Shown here: positions 9,508-19,908 of the stretch, in pieces
How the letters are laid out: each line of letters starts with the position of its first letter
How positions within the stretch are numbered: position 1 is the stretch's first letter
Assembly: GCA_041618295.1 (NCBI GenBank)
Contig: JBFJNH010000011.1
Coordinates: 2,317-66,316, forward strand
Direction of reading: 5' to 3'
From: Marmoricola sp.
Lineage (GTDB): Bacteria; Actinomycetota; Actinomycetes; Propionibacteriales; Nocardioidaceae
DNA: 64,000 bases
Notes under the pieces: model-generated
Databases searched by the model: none
What the model was told of the DNA's origin: nothing
What the model saw: only the letters and a program-made list of their open reading frames with translations
Position numbers and translations under genes: made by a program

Positions 9508-10905
9508 TCAGAGGTTGATCATGTGTCCGGCGATGCCTTCGACGGCTTCCTTGACGGCCTCCGACAGCGTCGGGTGGGCGAAGACGTTGCGGGAGACCTC
9601 GTCAGCGGTCAGGTCCCACTTCTGGGCGAGGGTCAGGGCCGGCAGCAGTTCGGTCACGTCCGGACCGATCATGTGCGCGCCGAGGATCTCGTTGTACTCC
9701 GCGTCGGCGACGATCTTCACGAAGCCGACCGCGTCGCCCAGACCCATGGCCTTGCCGTTGGCCGAGAACGGGAACTTCGCCGTCTTGACGTCGTACCCCT
9801 TCTCCTTCGCCTGCTCCTCGGTGTAGCCGAAGGAGGCGACCTGGGGCTGGCAGTACGTCGCCCGCGGGATCATGTCGAAGTCGATCTCCATCGTCTCGGC
9901 GCCGGCGATCGTCTCGGCCGCCACCACCCCCATCGACTCGGCGACGTGGGCGAGCATCATCTTGCCGGTGACGTCGCCGATCGCGTAGACGCCGTCGACG
10001 TTGGTGCGCCCGCGGTCGTCGATGGCGATCGCGCCGCGGTCGGTGGTCGCGACCCCGGTGTTCTCCAGCCCGTACCCGGTCAGCCGCGGCGCGAACCCGA
10101 AGGCGGCCAGGAACTTGCCCGCCTCCAGGACCTGCTCGTCACCCCCGGAAGCCGGAGCCACCGTCACCCGCACACCGGAGCCGGTGTCCTCGACGCCCTT
10201 CACCGCGGTCCCGAGCAGGACGTTGATACCGAGCTTCTTGTAGTGCTTCAACAGCTCCTTGGAGACCTCGGCGTCCTCGGTCGGGACCATCCGGTCGAGG
10301 AACTCCACGATCGTGACGTCGACACCGAAGTTCTTCATCACGTAGGCGAACTCGACACCGATCGCGCCGGAGCCGCCGATGACGATCGAGGACGGCAGGT
10401 TGCTGTCGAGGATCTGCTCCTCGTAGGTCACGACGTTCGGGGAGAGCTCGACCCCCGGGACCAACCGGACGGTCGCCCCGGTGGCGATGATGATCGTGTC
10501 GCCGGTCACCGTCCGGACCGAGCCGTCGGCTGCCTTGACCTCCAGCGTCTTCGGACCGGTGAACGTGCCCCAGCCGTGGATCTCCTCGATCTTGTTCTTC
10601 TTCATCAAGAAGTGGACGCCCTTGACGATGCCGTCCGAGACGGCCCGGCTCCGGGCGTGCGTGGGGCCGAAGTCCATCGACGCGTCGCCGGTGATCCCGA
10701 ACTTGTCCTTCTCGTGGGTCAGGACGTGCGCGAGCTCGGCGTTCTTCAGCAGTGCCTTGGAGGGGATGCAGCCGACGTTGAGGCAGACACCGCCCCAGTA
10801 CTGCGACTCGATCACAGCGGCCTTCAGGCCCAGCTGCGACGCGCGAATGGCGGCAACGTACCCACCGGGACCAGCACCGACGACGACAACATCGAAATCG
10901 CTCAC
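9508..10905 (-). CDS. lpdA: Dihydrolipoamide dehydrogenase (E3), second copy
   Basis: [26 protein letters not shown]. Confidence 0.95.
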   Translation of the reverse strand: MSDFDVVVVGAGPGGYVAAIRASQLGLKAAVIESQYWGGVCLNVGCIPSKALLKNAELAHVLTHEKDKFGITGDASMDFGPTHARSRAVSDGIVKGVHFLMKKNKIEEIHGWGTFTGPKTLEVKAADGSVRTVTGDTIIIATGATVRLVPGVELSPNVVTYEEQILDSNLPSSIVIGGSGAIGVEFAYVMKNFGVDVTIVEFLDRMVPTEDAEVSKELLKHYKKLGINVLLGTAVKGVEDTGSGVRVTVAPASGGDEQVLEAGKFLAAFGFAPRLTGYGLENTGVATTDRGAIAIDDRGRTNVDGVYAIGDVTGKMMLAHVAESMGVVAAETIAGAETMEIDFDMIPRATYCQPQVASFGYTEEQAKEKGYDVKTAKFPFSANGKAMGLGDAVGFVKIVADAEYNEILGAHMIGPDVTELLPALTLAQKWDLTADEVSRNVFAHPTLSEAVKEAVEGIAGHMINL

Positions 10906-11037
10906 GCTGCAAGCCTACCGAGCGCCCGAGCTTGCTCGTGCGCCCCACCCGGGGCAGCGCGGCGTGATCACCACGATGCCGAGTCAGTAGGCGCAGCAGC
11001 GTTGAGGAGCGAAGCGACGATCACGGGATGAGGCTAC
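10903..11037 (-). repeat. Copy of the interspersed element abutting the second lpdA start
   Basis: 11000-11037 matches 4042-4079 at 35/38 nt; 10918-10938 matches 4100-4120 at 20/21 nt (reverse complement). Confidence 0.8.
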
Positions 11038-11108
11038 AACCGTCAGCGGGACCGCTGACCAGCCGGTGAGGGCGGAGGCGCCGACCGGCCGCGTGGCAAG
11101 GTGGGAGC

Positions 11109-11996
11109 ATGCGTTTCCTCATCGCCGGCGCCTCCGGCTTCCTGGGCAACCACCTGCGGGACAGCCTGGTGCTCGCCGGCCACGACGTGACCTCCCTGGT
11201 ACGTCGGGAGGCCGGCCCGGGGCAGGCCCGGTGGGACCCGTACGCCGGCCGCCTGGACGCAGGCCTCGTGGAACAGGCCGACGTGGTCATCAACCTCGCC
11301 GGCGCCCCGACGCTCGGCAACCCGCACTCGAAGCGGTGGGCCACCGACCTGCTGGAGAGCAGGGTCACGACGACACGGGTGCTCGCCGAAGCCATCGCCG
11401 CGTCCGGACGGCGTCCCGACTTCCTCGCCGGCAACGGCATCTCCTACTACGGGGACCGGGGCGCGGAGGTCCTGACCGAGTCCGCCGAGTCCTCCGGTGA
11501 CGCGTTCCTCACCGAAGTGACTCGGCAGTGGCAGGCCGCCGCCGAGGTCGCGGCCGGCGCCGGTGCGCGGGTGTGCGTCCTGCGGACCGCCCCGGTCCTG
11601 GACCGGCGCAACCCTCCGCTGAAGCAGCTGCTGCTGCTGTTCAAGGCCGGCCTGGGTGGCAAGCTCGGGTCGGGCGAGCAGTACTTCCCGGTCATCTCGC
11701 TCCAGGACTGGGTCGCCGCGGTCACCTTCCTCGCCGTGCACAACGAGGCCAGTGGTCCGGTCAACCTGTGCTGCCCCACGACGCCGACGAACGCCGAGTT
11801 CACCCGCGAGCTCGCCGCCCTGGTGCACCGGCCCGCGTTCTTCCGGGTGCCCGGACCGGTCCTGAAGCAGGCGGCCGGACGGATGGCGCCGGAAGTCCTC
11901 GGATCGGTCCGTGCAGTCCCCCAGGTGCTTCTCGACAGCGGCTTCCGCTTCGCCGACCAGGACGTCAGCGCGGTCCTCCGCACCGCTACCGGCTGA
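11109..11996 (+). CDS. TIGR01777-family NAD-dependent epimerase/oxidoreductase
   Basis: IAGASGFLG, VINLAGA, SRVTTTRVL, GSGEQYFPVISLQD, LLDSGFRF. Confidence 0.88.
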   Translation: MRFLIAGASGFLGNHLRDSLVLAGHDVTSLVRREAGPGQARWDPYAGRLDAGLVEQADVVINLAGAPTLGNPHSKRWATDLLESRVTTTRVLAEAIAASGRRPDFLAGNGISYYGDRGAEVLTESAESSGDAFLTEVTRQWQAAAEVAAGAGARVCVLRTAPVLDRRNPPLKQLLLLFKAGLGGKLGSGEQYFPVISLQDWVAAVTFLAVHNEASGPVNLCCPTTPTNAEFTRELAALVHRPAFFRVPGPVLKQAAGRMAPEVLGSVRAVPQVLLDSGFRFADQDVSAVLRTATG

Positions 11997-12465
11997 CCAC
12001 GGCGGCGACCCGCCAGGAGCCGCCGAGCCGCCGCAGCTCGACCACCCGGCGTACGGGCTGACCGGCCGGCAGGCGGCGTACGTCGGACCCGCTGCGGACG
12101 CTCGCGGGCAGCAGCCGTTCGACGACCTCGAGGCGGAGCAGCGCGTCGTCGCGGACCAGGACCCGAACCCGCAGCCGCTGGTACTGCAGACCGCTCACCC
12201 GGAGGCCACGCTCGAGGTAGCTGCGCAACAGGCGCACGTCCCGCCGCCCTGCTTCGGCCCCGGGTAGGTACAACGCACTGAGCGCCGCCGCGTCCCCGGC
12301 CGACCAAGCTGCTGCCCGGGCGGCGTCCCACTCCCGGAGGACGTCAGCAGCCGGGTCCGGAGGCGGCGCCACCGCGGAAGCCCGAGGCGAGCCGGCCGGA
12401 CCTGCGCACCCGCCGACAAGGCAGACCAGGGCCAGGGCGGCAGTCCACCGAGCCAGCAGGAGCAT
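11986..12465 (-). CDS. Hypothetical lipoprotein (NTF2-like C-terminus possible)
   Basis: Signal peptide with lipobox-like LVGGC, then [22 protein letters not shown]. Confidence 0.6.
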   Translation of the reverse strand: MLLLARWTAALALVCLVGGCAGPAGSPRASAVAPPPDPAADVLREWDAARAAAWSAGDAAALSALYLPGAEAGRRDVRLLRSYLERGLRVSGLQYQRLRVRVLVRDDALLRLEVVERLLPASVRSGSDVRRLPAGQPVRRVVELRRLGGSWRVAAVVSR

Positions 12466-12521
12466 CGGGCCAGCGTGCCGGAACCGTCCGCGACCGCGTC
12501 GGAACCGTCCACAGGGACGGC

Positions 12522-12615
12522 GTAGGCTCGTACCGTGGTCCTCACTGCGTTCGTCAACGACACGTCGCCCCCTCGGCCTCGAGCAAGCTCGGGCGCTCGG
12601 AGGCTCGTGCCGTGA
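12522..12615 (+). repeat. Degenerate copy of the interspersed element abutting the lipB start
   Basis: Colinear with 4042-4136 (30/38 nt in the first block; CGAGCAAGCTCGGGCGCTCGG in the second). Confidence 0.75.
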
Positions 12616-13346
12616 CCCCCGCGACAAGGCTCGAGTACCGCCACCTCGGTCTCGTGGAGTACCGCGAGGCCTGGGAGCTCCAGCGCCAGGTGCACGCCGA
12701 CGTCCAGGCCGGCGCACCCGACACCACCCTGCTCCTCGAACACCCGCCGGTCTTCACCTGCGGCAAGCGCACCACCCCCGAGGAACGTCCCGTCGACGCC
12801 GGCGGCGCCGACGTCATCGATGTCGACCGCGGCGGCAAGATCACCTTCCACGGGCCCGGGCAGCTGGTGGGGTACCCGATCGTCCGGCTGCCCGACCACG
12901 TGCTGGTCGTGGACTACGTCCGCCGGGTCGAGGAGGCGCTGATCGGAGTCTGCGCCGAGCTCGGCGTCGAGACCGCGCGGGTCCCGGGTCGCAGCGGCGT
13001 CTGGCTGCGCGCCGACGCCACCACCGGGCGTCCCGAGCGGAAGATCGCGGCACTGGGCATCCGGGTCAGTCGCGGCGTCACGATGCACGGCTTCGCGATC
13101 AACTGCGACGTCGACCTCGGCTGGTACGACCGGTTCGTCCCGTGCGGGATCGCCGATGCCGGCGTGACGTCGCTCTCGGTCGAGCTGGGACGCGACGTCA
13201 CCACCGCCGAGGTGATCCCGCTGGTGGAGGCGCACCTGGACCGACTGCTGGCGTGGGCGCCGTACGACGCGACGCCTGACTACGAACCGCGGCCCGCGCC
13301 GGGTCGGGGCGGTCTGCGTGTCCCTGTCCTCAATCCGCTGGCCTGA
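12612..13346 (+). CDS. lipB: Lipoyl(octanoyl) transferase
   Basis: [50 protein letters not shown]. Confidence 0.96.
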   Translation: MTPATRLEYRHLGLVEYREAWELQRQVHADVQAGAPDTTLLLEHPPVFTCGKRTTPEERPVDAGGADVIDVDRGGKITFHGPGQLVGYPIVRLPDHVLVVDYVRRVEEALIGVCAELGVETARVPGRSGVWLRADATTGRPERKIAALGIRVSRGVTMHGFAINCDVDLGWYDRFVPCGIADAGVTSLSVELGRDVTTAEVIPLVEAHLDRLLAWAPYDATPDYEPRPAPGRGGLRVPVLNPLA

Positions 13347-13417
13347 GCCGGTTCTACGAGATGCTTCCTGGGTACGTGGCCTGAGCATCCTGACTCGGAA
13401 AGGGACCTGCCGGAGCG

Positions 13418-14446
13418 ATGAGTGGTGACCTGGTCGTCCAGACCCACGGCCTGCGCAAGGTCTACCGCGACCGCGGCCGCAAGGTCGTCGCCGTCGACGA
13501 CCTCGCACTCACCGTCGAACGCGGCGGCGTCCACGGTTTCCTCGGACCGAACGGTTCGGGGAAGACGACCACCATCAAGATGCTCCTGGGCCTGGTCCGC
13601 CCCGACAGCGGGTCGGTCGTCGTCCTGGGCCAGCAGTTCCCGGCCGGGATCCCGACAGCGTTGGCCGGGGTCGGCGCCCTGCTCGAGCGGGGTTCGTTCG
13701 CCCCGGACCTGAGCGGCCGGCGCAACCTCGAGCTCCTGGCCCGGGCGGCGTCGCTGCCGCCGAGCCGCGTCGACGAGGTCCTCGAGACCGTCGACCTGCG
13801 CGAGATCGCGCGCCGGCGCTACCGGGGCTACTCCCTCGGCGTACGCCGCCGCCTCGGCGTGGCCGCCGCGCTGCTGAAGAAGCCGGAACTGGTGATCCTC
13901 GACGAACCGTCGAACGGGCTGGACCCGGCTGGCATCCGCGACATGCGCGACACCATCCCGCGGCTCTCCGCCGAAGGCGTCAGCGTTCTGCTCAGCTCGC
14001 ACATCCTGGCCGAGGTCCAGCAGGTCTGCTCCTCGGTCTCGATCATCGGAGACGGCCGACTGCTCGCGGCGGGCCAGGTCGGCGAGCTCCTCGGCGAGAG
14101 CACCGCACGGACCAGGGTCGGGGTGACGGAGCCGGATCGCGCCACGGCCGTGCTGCTCGCGGCCGGTTACGAGGTGGTCCGGGAGGGCCCCGACCTGCTG
14201 GTCGAGGGGCACGAGCACCCCGAGGAGATCAGCCGACGCCTGGCCGAGCAGGGCCTCTACGTCCACGAGCTCTCCGCGATCAGGCCGACCCTGGAGACCT
14301 TCTTCCTCAAGCTCACCGGTCACCGCCCGGCCCGCCCGGAGGACCCGGACCAGTGGGCCGCCGACCAGACCGCCGAGCACGTCGTTCCGACCGGTCTGAC
14401 CGATCTGACCGATCTGATGCCCCCGACGAACGGGGACCCCTCATGA
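13418..14446 (+). CDS. ABC exporter ATP-binding subunit
   Basis: GPNGSGKTT, YSLGVRRRL, ILDEPSNGLDP. Confidence 0.9.
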   Translation: MSGDLVVQTHGLRKVYRDRGRKVVAVDDLALTVERGGVHGFLGPNGSGKTTTIKMLLGLVRPDSGSVVVLGQQFPAGIPTALAGVGALLERGSFAPDLSGRRNLELLARAASLPPSRVDEVLETVDLREIARRRYRGYSLGVRRRLGVAAALLKKPELVILDEPSNGLDPAGIRDMRDTIPRLSAEGVSVLLSSHILAEVQQVCSSVSIIGDGRLLAAGQVGELLGESTARTRVGVTEPDRATAVLLAAGYEVVREGPDLLVEGHEHPEEISRRLAEQGLYVHELSAIRPTLETFFLKLTGHRPARPEDPDQWAADQTAEHVVPTGLTDLTDLMPPTNGDPS

Positions 14447-15411
14447 TCCGGCTGATCGGCGTCGAGCTGGCCCGTTACACCTCCCGCCGCGTCCTGCTGC
14501 TCCTGGTCGTGCTCACCGCGGTGCTGGCCGGCCTGGTCGCGTTCCAGTCGGCCTGGGAGACCCGTCCGCCGAGCGCCGCCGAGATCGCGACCGCGCGGGC
14601 CAACGCGGACATCGAGGCCACCCGCGCCGGGGTCGAGGCCGACATCGAGCAGTGCATCAAGGACTCGCCGCTGGGCACCGAGGCCGGCTTCGCCGAGCAG
14701 CAGTGCCGCGACATGTTCGCCCCGGCGGACACCTCCTACCTCCCCCGCAACGAGCTGGACCTGAGCGGCACCATCCAGGGCAACGGCACCGGAGTCGCCC
14801 TCCTGGTGGTCGGGCTGCTGATGATCGCGGCGAGCATCTTCGCCGGCTCGGACTGGGCCTCGAGCGCGATCCGCAACCAGCTCCTCTTCGAGCCGCGGCG
14901 GACCCGGCTCTGGGTGGCGAAGGCGAGCGCGGTCTCCCTGGCCAGCGGTGCGGTCGCCCTGGTGGCGCTCGGCGGGTTCTGGTTGGCGCTCTACCTGGTT
15001 GCGGCCGATCGCGGCCTCCCGCACGGGTCCGCCGTGGTCGGTGACGTCGGCTGGCACCTGCTGCGCGCGGTGGTCCTGGCGGTGGGCGCGACGGCGGGGG
15101 CCTTCGCGCTCACGATGTTCTTCCGGAACGCGGTCGCGACGCTCGCCCTGCTGTTCACCTACAGCATCGGTGGCGAGATCCTCGTGTACCTGCTCCCGGT
15201 GGACGGGATCGCGCGGTGGTCCCTGGGGAACAACGTCTTCGGCTGGCTCGAACAGCACTTCGAGTACGTCGACCCGACCGCGCGCTGCGTCCTGGGCAGT
15301 TGCGGCGGGGCGGAGCACCTCAACCATCTCGAGACCGGCCTGTACCTGCTGGCGCTGCTGCTCGTCGCGGTCGCTGCCTCCTGGGCCGCTTTCCGGCGGC
15401 GCGACGTCTGA
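14443..15411 (+). CDS. ABC-2 type permease
   Basis: ATGA overlap with the ATPase; multiple TM helices; GSDWASSAIRNQLLFEPRR. Confidence 0.85.
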   Translation: MIRLIGVELARYTSRRVLLLLVVLTAVLAGLVAFQSAWETRPPSAAEIATARANADIEATRAGVEADIEQCIKDSPLGTEAGFAEQQCRDMFAPADTSYLPRNELDLSGTIQGNGTGVALLVVGLLMIAASIFAGSDWASSAIRNQLLFEPRRTRLWVAKASAVSLASGAVALVALGGFWLALYLVAADRGLPHGSAVVGDVGWHLLRAVVLAVGATAGAFALTMFFRNAVATLALLFTYSIGGEILVYLLPVDGIARWSLGNNVFGWLEQHFEYVDPTARCVLGSCGGAEHLNHLETGLYLLALLLVAVAASWAAFRRRDV

Positions 15412-15579
15412 GATCGGGAAACCCCGTCGTCGCACAACGGCGAACGGCGCCGCCAGGCCGTTGCGACACGAGTTGCTAACGAAGAACGCCGTACCGCGCG
15501 TCGACCATTGACCTGACCCGGTTGATACGCAAATGTGGCGGCCATCACACGCACAACTCACCGGTGGGCGGAGGGCTCC

Positions 15580-16368
15580 TTGTTCGGCGTGCAGAACCTC
15601 GAGGTCGTGTACGACGACGTGGTCCTGGCTCTTCGCGGGGTCTCCCTGGAGATTCCGGACGGGAGCATCGTCGCTCTCCTCGGAGCCAACGGCGCCGGCA
15701 AGTCCTCCTTGCTCCGGGCGTTGTCCGGGCTCCTCGACATCCACGAGGGCAAGATCCGCAAGGGTGCGGTGACCCTCGACGGCGAGTCCGTCGGCCAGCT
15801 CTCGGCATCGGCCTTCGCCGCGCGCGGGATCAAGCACGTGCTCGAAGGCCGCCGGGTCTTCAAGGAGCTGACCGTCGAGGAGAACCTCCGCGTCGGCGCC
15901 TACTCCGCGCGCCGCGACCTCACCACGAACCTCAGCCGGGTCTACGACCTGTTCCCGCGCCTGGTGGAGCGCCGGTCGGGGACGGCCGGGTACCTCTCCG
16001 GCGGCGAGCAGCAGATGCTCGCGATCGGACGGGCGTTGATGTCCGGGCCGCGCTACCTGCTCCTGGACGAACCCAGCCTCGGCCTGGCCCCGATGGTGGT
16101 CGAGCAGATCCGCGACATCGTGGTGGAGATCAACCGCCAGGGCACCGGGGTGCTGCTGGTCGAGCAGAACGCGACGATGGCGCTACAGATCGCGAACCAC
16201 GGCTACGTGATGGAGACCGGGCGGATCGTGATGGACCGGCCGGCAGCAGAACTCCTCGCCGACGACGACGTCCGGGAGTTCTACCTCGGGCTGCACTCCG
16301 AGGGCGCCGAGAAGTCCTCGTTCCGGGACGTGAAGCACTACCGGCGGCGGAAGCGGTGGGCTTCGTGA
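15580..16368 (+). CDS. LivF-like ABC ATP-binding protein
   Basis: GANGAGKSS, LSGGEQQMLAIGRALM, LDEPSLGLAP; TTG after GGAGG chosen (alternative ATG at 15535). Confidence 0.9.
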   Translation: MFGVQNLEVVYDDVVLALRGVSLEIPDGSIVALLGANGAGKSSLLRALSGLLDIHEGKIRKGAVTLDGESVGQLSASAFAARGIKHVLEGRRVFKELTVEENLRVGAYSARRDLTTNLSRVYDLFPRLVERRSGTAGYLSGGEQQMLAIGRALMSGPRYLLLDEPSLGLAPMVVEQIRDIVVEINRQGTGVLLVEQNATMALQIANHGYVMETGRIVMDRPAAELLADDDVREFYLGLHSEGAEKSSFRDVKHYRRRKRWAS

Positions 16369-17183
16369 GCGCGGACGCGGATCCCGGTCCGCTGCTGACC
16401 TTCACCGACGTACGGCTCTCCTTCGGCCAGGTGCGGGCGATCAACGGGGTCAGCTTCCAGGTCAACCCGGGCGAGCTGTTCGCGGTCATCGGACCGAACG
16501 GCGCCGGCAAGACCAGCGTCTTCAACGTGATCTCCGGGGTCTACCGACCGCAAGAGGGGGAGGTCCGACTCGGCGACACGTCCCTGCTCGGGCTGCCGCC
16601 CCCGGCGATCGCCAAGCTCGGCGTGGCCCGGACCTTCCAGAACATCGAGCTCTTCTCCAACCTCACCGTCCTGGACAACTTGCTGCTCGGCCGCCACCAG
16701 CACATCGGCTACGGCCCGCTCGCCGCCCTCGGCTGGTGGGGAAAGGCCCGGAACGAGGAGCTCCGGCACCGCGCGGTGATCGAGGAGATCGTCGACTTCC
16801 TCGAACTCGCGCAATGGCGCAAGTTCCCGGTGGGGCTGCTCCCCTACGGCGTCCAGAAGCGCGTCGAGCTCGGCCGGGCGCTGGCGATGGACCCGAAGCT
16901 GCTCCTGCTCGACGAACCGGTCGCCGGGATGAACCTCGAGGAGACCGAGGACATGGCCCGGTTCATCCTCGACATCAGGGAGGAGCTCGGGATCGCGATG
17001 ATCATGGTCGAGCACGACATGGGCCTGGTGATGGATCTCGCCGACCGGATCATGGTGGTCGACTTCGGGACCCCGATCACCACCGGGACGCCCGCCGAGG
17101 TGCAGCGGGACGAGAACGTCATCGCCGCCTACCTCGGTGGCGAGCTCGACAGCGGCACCGCGGCCGAAGGAGCACACGGATGA
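16365..17183 (+). CDS. LivG-like ABC ATP-binding protein
   Basis: GPNGAGKTS, ARTFQNIELF, LPYGVQKRVELGRAL, LLDEPVAG; GTGA overlap. Confidence 0.9.
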   Translation: MSADADPGPLLTFTDVRLSFGQVRAINGVSFQVNPGELFAVIGPNGAGKTSVFNVISGVYRPQEGEVRLGDTSLLGLPPPAIAKLGVARTFQNIELFSNLTVLDNLLLGRHQHIGYGPLAALGWWGKARNEELRHRAVIEEIVDFLELAQWRKFPVGLLPYGVQKRVELGRALAMDPKLLLLDEPVAGMNLEETEDMARFILDIREELGIAMIMVEHDMGLVMDLADRIMVVDFGTPITTGTPAEVQRDENVIAAYLGGELDSGTAAEGAHG

Positions 17184-19024
17184 GCGGCGCGCGCACCATC
17201 ACGCACCTGGTCCGCGACCACGCTGCCGCGATGCCCGACGCTGTCGCGATGCGCCACAAGGACCTCGGCATCTGGCAGGAGATCACCTGGGCGCAGTACT
17301 GGGACACCGTCCTGGACACCGCGCACGCGCTGCTCGCGCTCGGGGTCAAGCCCGGTGACCGGGTCTCGGTGCAGAGCGAGGACCGGCCCGAGTGGCTCTA
17401 CCTCGACCTGGCCACCGTCGCGATCCGGGCGATCACCGTCGGCCTCTACCCCACCAATCCGGCCGCCGAGGTCCAGTACCTGCTCTCGCACAGCGGCTCG
17501 ACCCTCCACCTCGCCGAGGACCAGGAGCAGCTCGACAAGTTCCTCGAGGTCGGAGCGGACTGCCCGGAGGTCCGGAAGGTCGTCTACGTCGTGAGCCGCG
17601 GTATCGCGCACCAGTACGACGACCCGCGCCTGATCAGCTGGACGGACCTGCAAGCCCTCGGAGCCGAGCACCGTGCCGCCCACCCCGACGCGGTCACCGA
17701 CCTGATGGACCAAGTGCAGCCCGACGACGTGATCACCCTCGTCTACACCTCGGGCACCACCGGCCCCCCGAAAGGTGCGATGCTGACGGTCGCGAACGTC
17801 AACTTCGCCATGCAGGTCGTCCTGGAGGACGAGGGTTTCATCTCACCGCCCCCGAACAAGGACGACCTGACCCTCTCCTACCTGCCGCTCTGCCACGTCG
17901 CGGAGCGCTTCTTCACCACCTGGTACAACGCCGGCGCCGGCACCCAGGTCAACTTCGCCGAGTCGATCGACACGGTGCCGCAGAACCTGCGAGAGGTGCA
18001 GCCGACCGTCCTGCTCGCCGTCCCCCGGATCTGGGAGAAGTTGCTGGCCGCAGCCCGGATCAAGATCGACTCCGCCACCCGGTTCAAGCGCGCCTACGGC
18101 CGGTTCTGGCTCGCCCAGGCCGACCGGATCGGGGACGTCCTGGCCGCGAACGGCGGCGAGCACACTCTCAGCAGCCGGATCCGCTACCGGATCGGTTGGG
18201 TGCTCTTCTACCGCGCGCTGCTCGAACGGCTGGGCCTGCGGCGGGTCCGGTACGCCGTCTGCGGCGCAGCACCGATCGCACCCGAGGTGCTCAAGTTCTT
18301 CATGGGCATCGGCATCCGGGTGGTCGAGGTCTACGGGATGACCGAGAACACCGCGATCGCGACCTCCAACCGACGCGGCCGGGTCAAGCTCGGCACCGTC
18401 GGCGAGCCGCTCGAGGGGATCGAGGTGCGCCTGGACGAGGAGACCGGCGAGATCCTGACCCGGCACCCGGCGAACTTCGCCGGCTACTGGGACAACCCGG
18501 AGGCGACCGCCTCGGCGATCGACGCCGACGGCTGGCTGCACACCGGCGACGTCGGTGAGTGGATCGACGGGACCCACCTGCGGATCACCGACCGGATGAA
18601 GGACATCATCATCACCGCGGGCGGCAAGAACGTCTCGCCCTCGGAGATCGAGAACGCACTCAAGGCCTCGCCGTTCATCAAGGAGGCCGTCGTCCTCGGC
18701 GACCGCCGCAAGTACCTGACCGCGTTGATCGGGATCGAGCTCGACACCGTCGGCGAGTGGGCGCAGCGCCAGGGACTGGCGTTCACGACGTACCGGGACC
18801 TGGCCGAGAAGCCCGAGGTGCGGGCGCTCGTCCAGGGGATCGTCAAGGAGGTCAACGGCCGGTTCAGCTCCGTCGAGCAGCTCAAGGACTTCCGGATGCT
18901 CCCCAAGGAGCTCGACCACGAGGACGGCGAGCTGACCGCGACCCAGAAGGTGAAGCGGTCGGCGATCGACAAGGCGTTCAGCGAGCTCGTCGACTCCATG
19001 TACGCCGAGGGGGCGTCCCGATGA
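17180..19024 (+). CDS. Long-chain acyl-CoA synthetase (AMP-binding, FadD-like)
   Basis: YTSGTTGPPKG, YGMTE, GWLHTGDVG, DRMKDIIITAGGKNVSP. Confidence 0.92.
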   Translation: MSGARTITHLVRDHAAAMPDAVAMRHKDLGIWQEITWAQYWDTVLDTAHALLALGVKPGDRVSVQSEDRPEWLYLDLATVAIRAITVGLYPTNPAAEVQYLLSHSGSTLHLAEDQEQLDKFLEVGADCPEVRKVVYVVSRGIAHQYDDPRLISWTDLQALGAEHRAAHPDAVTDLMDQVQPDDVITLVYTSGTTGPPKGAMLTVANVNFAMQVVLEDEGFISPPPNKDDLTLSYLPLCHVAERFFTTWYNAGAGTQVNFAESIDTVPQNLREVQPTVLLAVPRIWEKLLAAARIKIDSATRFKRAYGRFWLAQADRIGDVLAANGGEHTLSSRIRYRIGWVLFYRALLERLGLRRVRYAVCGAAPIAPEVLKFFMGIGIRVVEVYGMTENTAIATSNRRGRVKLGTVGEPLEGIEVRLDEETGEILTRHPANFAGYWDNPEATASAIDADGWLHTGDVGEWIDGTHLRITDRMKDIIITAGGKNVSPSEIENALKASPFIKEAVVLGDRRKYLTALIGIELDTVGEWAQRQGLAFTTYRDLAEKPEVRALVQGIVKEVNGRFSSVEQLKDFRMLPKELDHEDGELTATQKVKRSAIDKAFSELVDSMYAEGASR

Positions 19025-19908
19025 CCGAGTTCCTGACCGCGATCAGCGCCGGCACCGGCAACGGCGCCGTCTACGCCCTGCTCGCCCTCGGCTTCGTGAT
19101 CATCTACAAGTCGATGCAGGTGATCTCGTTCGCCCAGCCGGCGTTCATGATGGCCGGCGCCGTCCTGGTCTCCTACCTCGCGCCGAAGGTCGGGTTCGTC
19201 GGCGCGGTGATCCTCGGCACCATCTCGATCGCCGTGGTGGCCCTGATCGTCGAGCGGGTGGCTGTGCGGCCGATGGTCGGCAAGGCCACCTTCGTGATCG
19301 CGATCATCACTATCGGCATCGACATCGTCGTCAGGGTGGTCACCGGCGCGTTCATCGGCGTCGACCCGCTGGTCCTGGGCGACCCGTGGGGCCTGGAGGT
19401 CGTCAAGGTCGGCGGGGTCAACGTCGAGGAGCGCCACCTCGCTGCGTTCCTGGTGGCCGGGGTGGTCGTCGGCCTGCTGCTGCTCTTCTTCCGCTACACC
19501 TCGCTGGGCCTGGCGATGCGCGCTGCCGCGCTCGACCAGGAGGCGGCGATGGCCCAGGGCGTCAACGTCGGCACGGTCTTCGCGGTCTCCTGGGGACTGG
19601 CCGGCGGGCTGGCTGCGATCGCCGGCGTCTTCGCGGCCGCGGGCGACCCGATCACCAACAACTTCTGGATCATCGGGTTGGCGGCGCTGCCGGTGATCAT
19701 CCTCGGCGGCCTGGACTCGTTCGGCGGGGCGATCGTCGGTGGCCTGGTGATCGGGATCGCGGAATCGGTGGTGGCCTCGTACCACAGCGTCTGGTTCCCG
19801 TTCCTCGACAAGAACATCGGCACCCTGGTGCCGTTCCTGCTGATGTTCGCCGTGCTGCTGGTCCGGCCCTACGGCCTCTTCGGCACCAAGGAGGTGGAAC
19901 GGGTATGA
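19021..19908 (+). CDS. LivH-like ABC permease
   Basis: GAVYALLALGFVIIY, GLAMRAAA, ILGGLDSFGGAIVGG, RPYGLFG. Confidence 0.9.
   Translation: MTEFLTAISAGTGNGAVYALLALGFVIIYKSMQVISFAQPAFMMAGAVLVSYLAPKVGFVGAVILGTISIAVVALIVERVAVRPMVGKATFVIAIITIGIDIVVRVVTGAFIGVDPLVLGDPWGLEVVKVGGVNVEERHLAAFLVAGVVVGLLLLFFRYTSLGLAMRAAALDQEAAMAQGVNVGTVFAVSWGLAGGLAAIAGVFAAAGDPITNNFWIIGLAALPVIILGGLDSFGGAIVGGLVIGIAESVVASYHSVWFPFLDKNIGTLVPFLLMFAVLLVRPYGLFGTKEVERV

Noticed and set aside
14393-14419. Short TCTGACCGA tandem repeat
   Set aside because: About three units in a probably disordered C-terminal tail (LTD repeats); no further support
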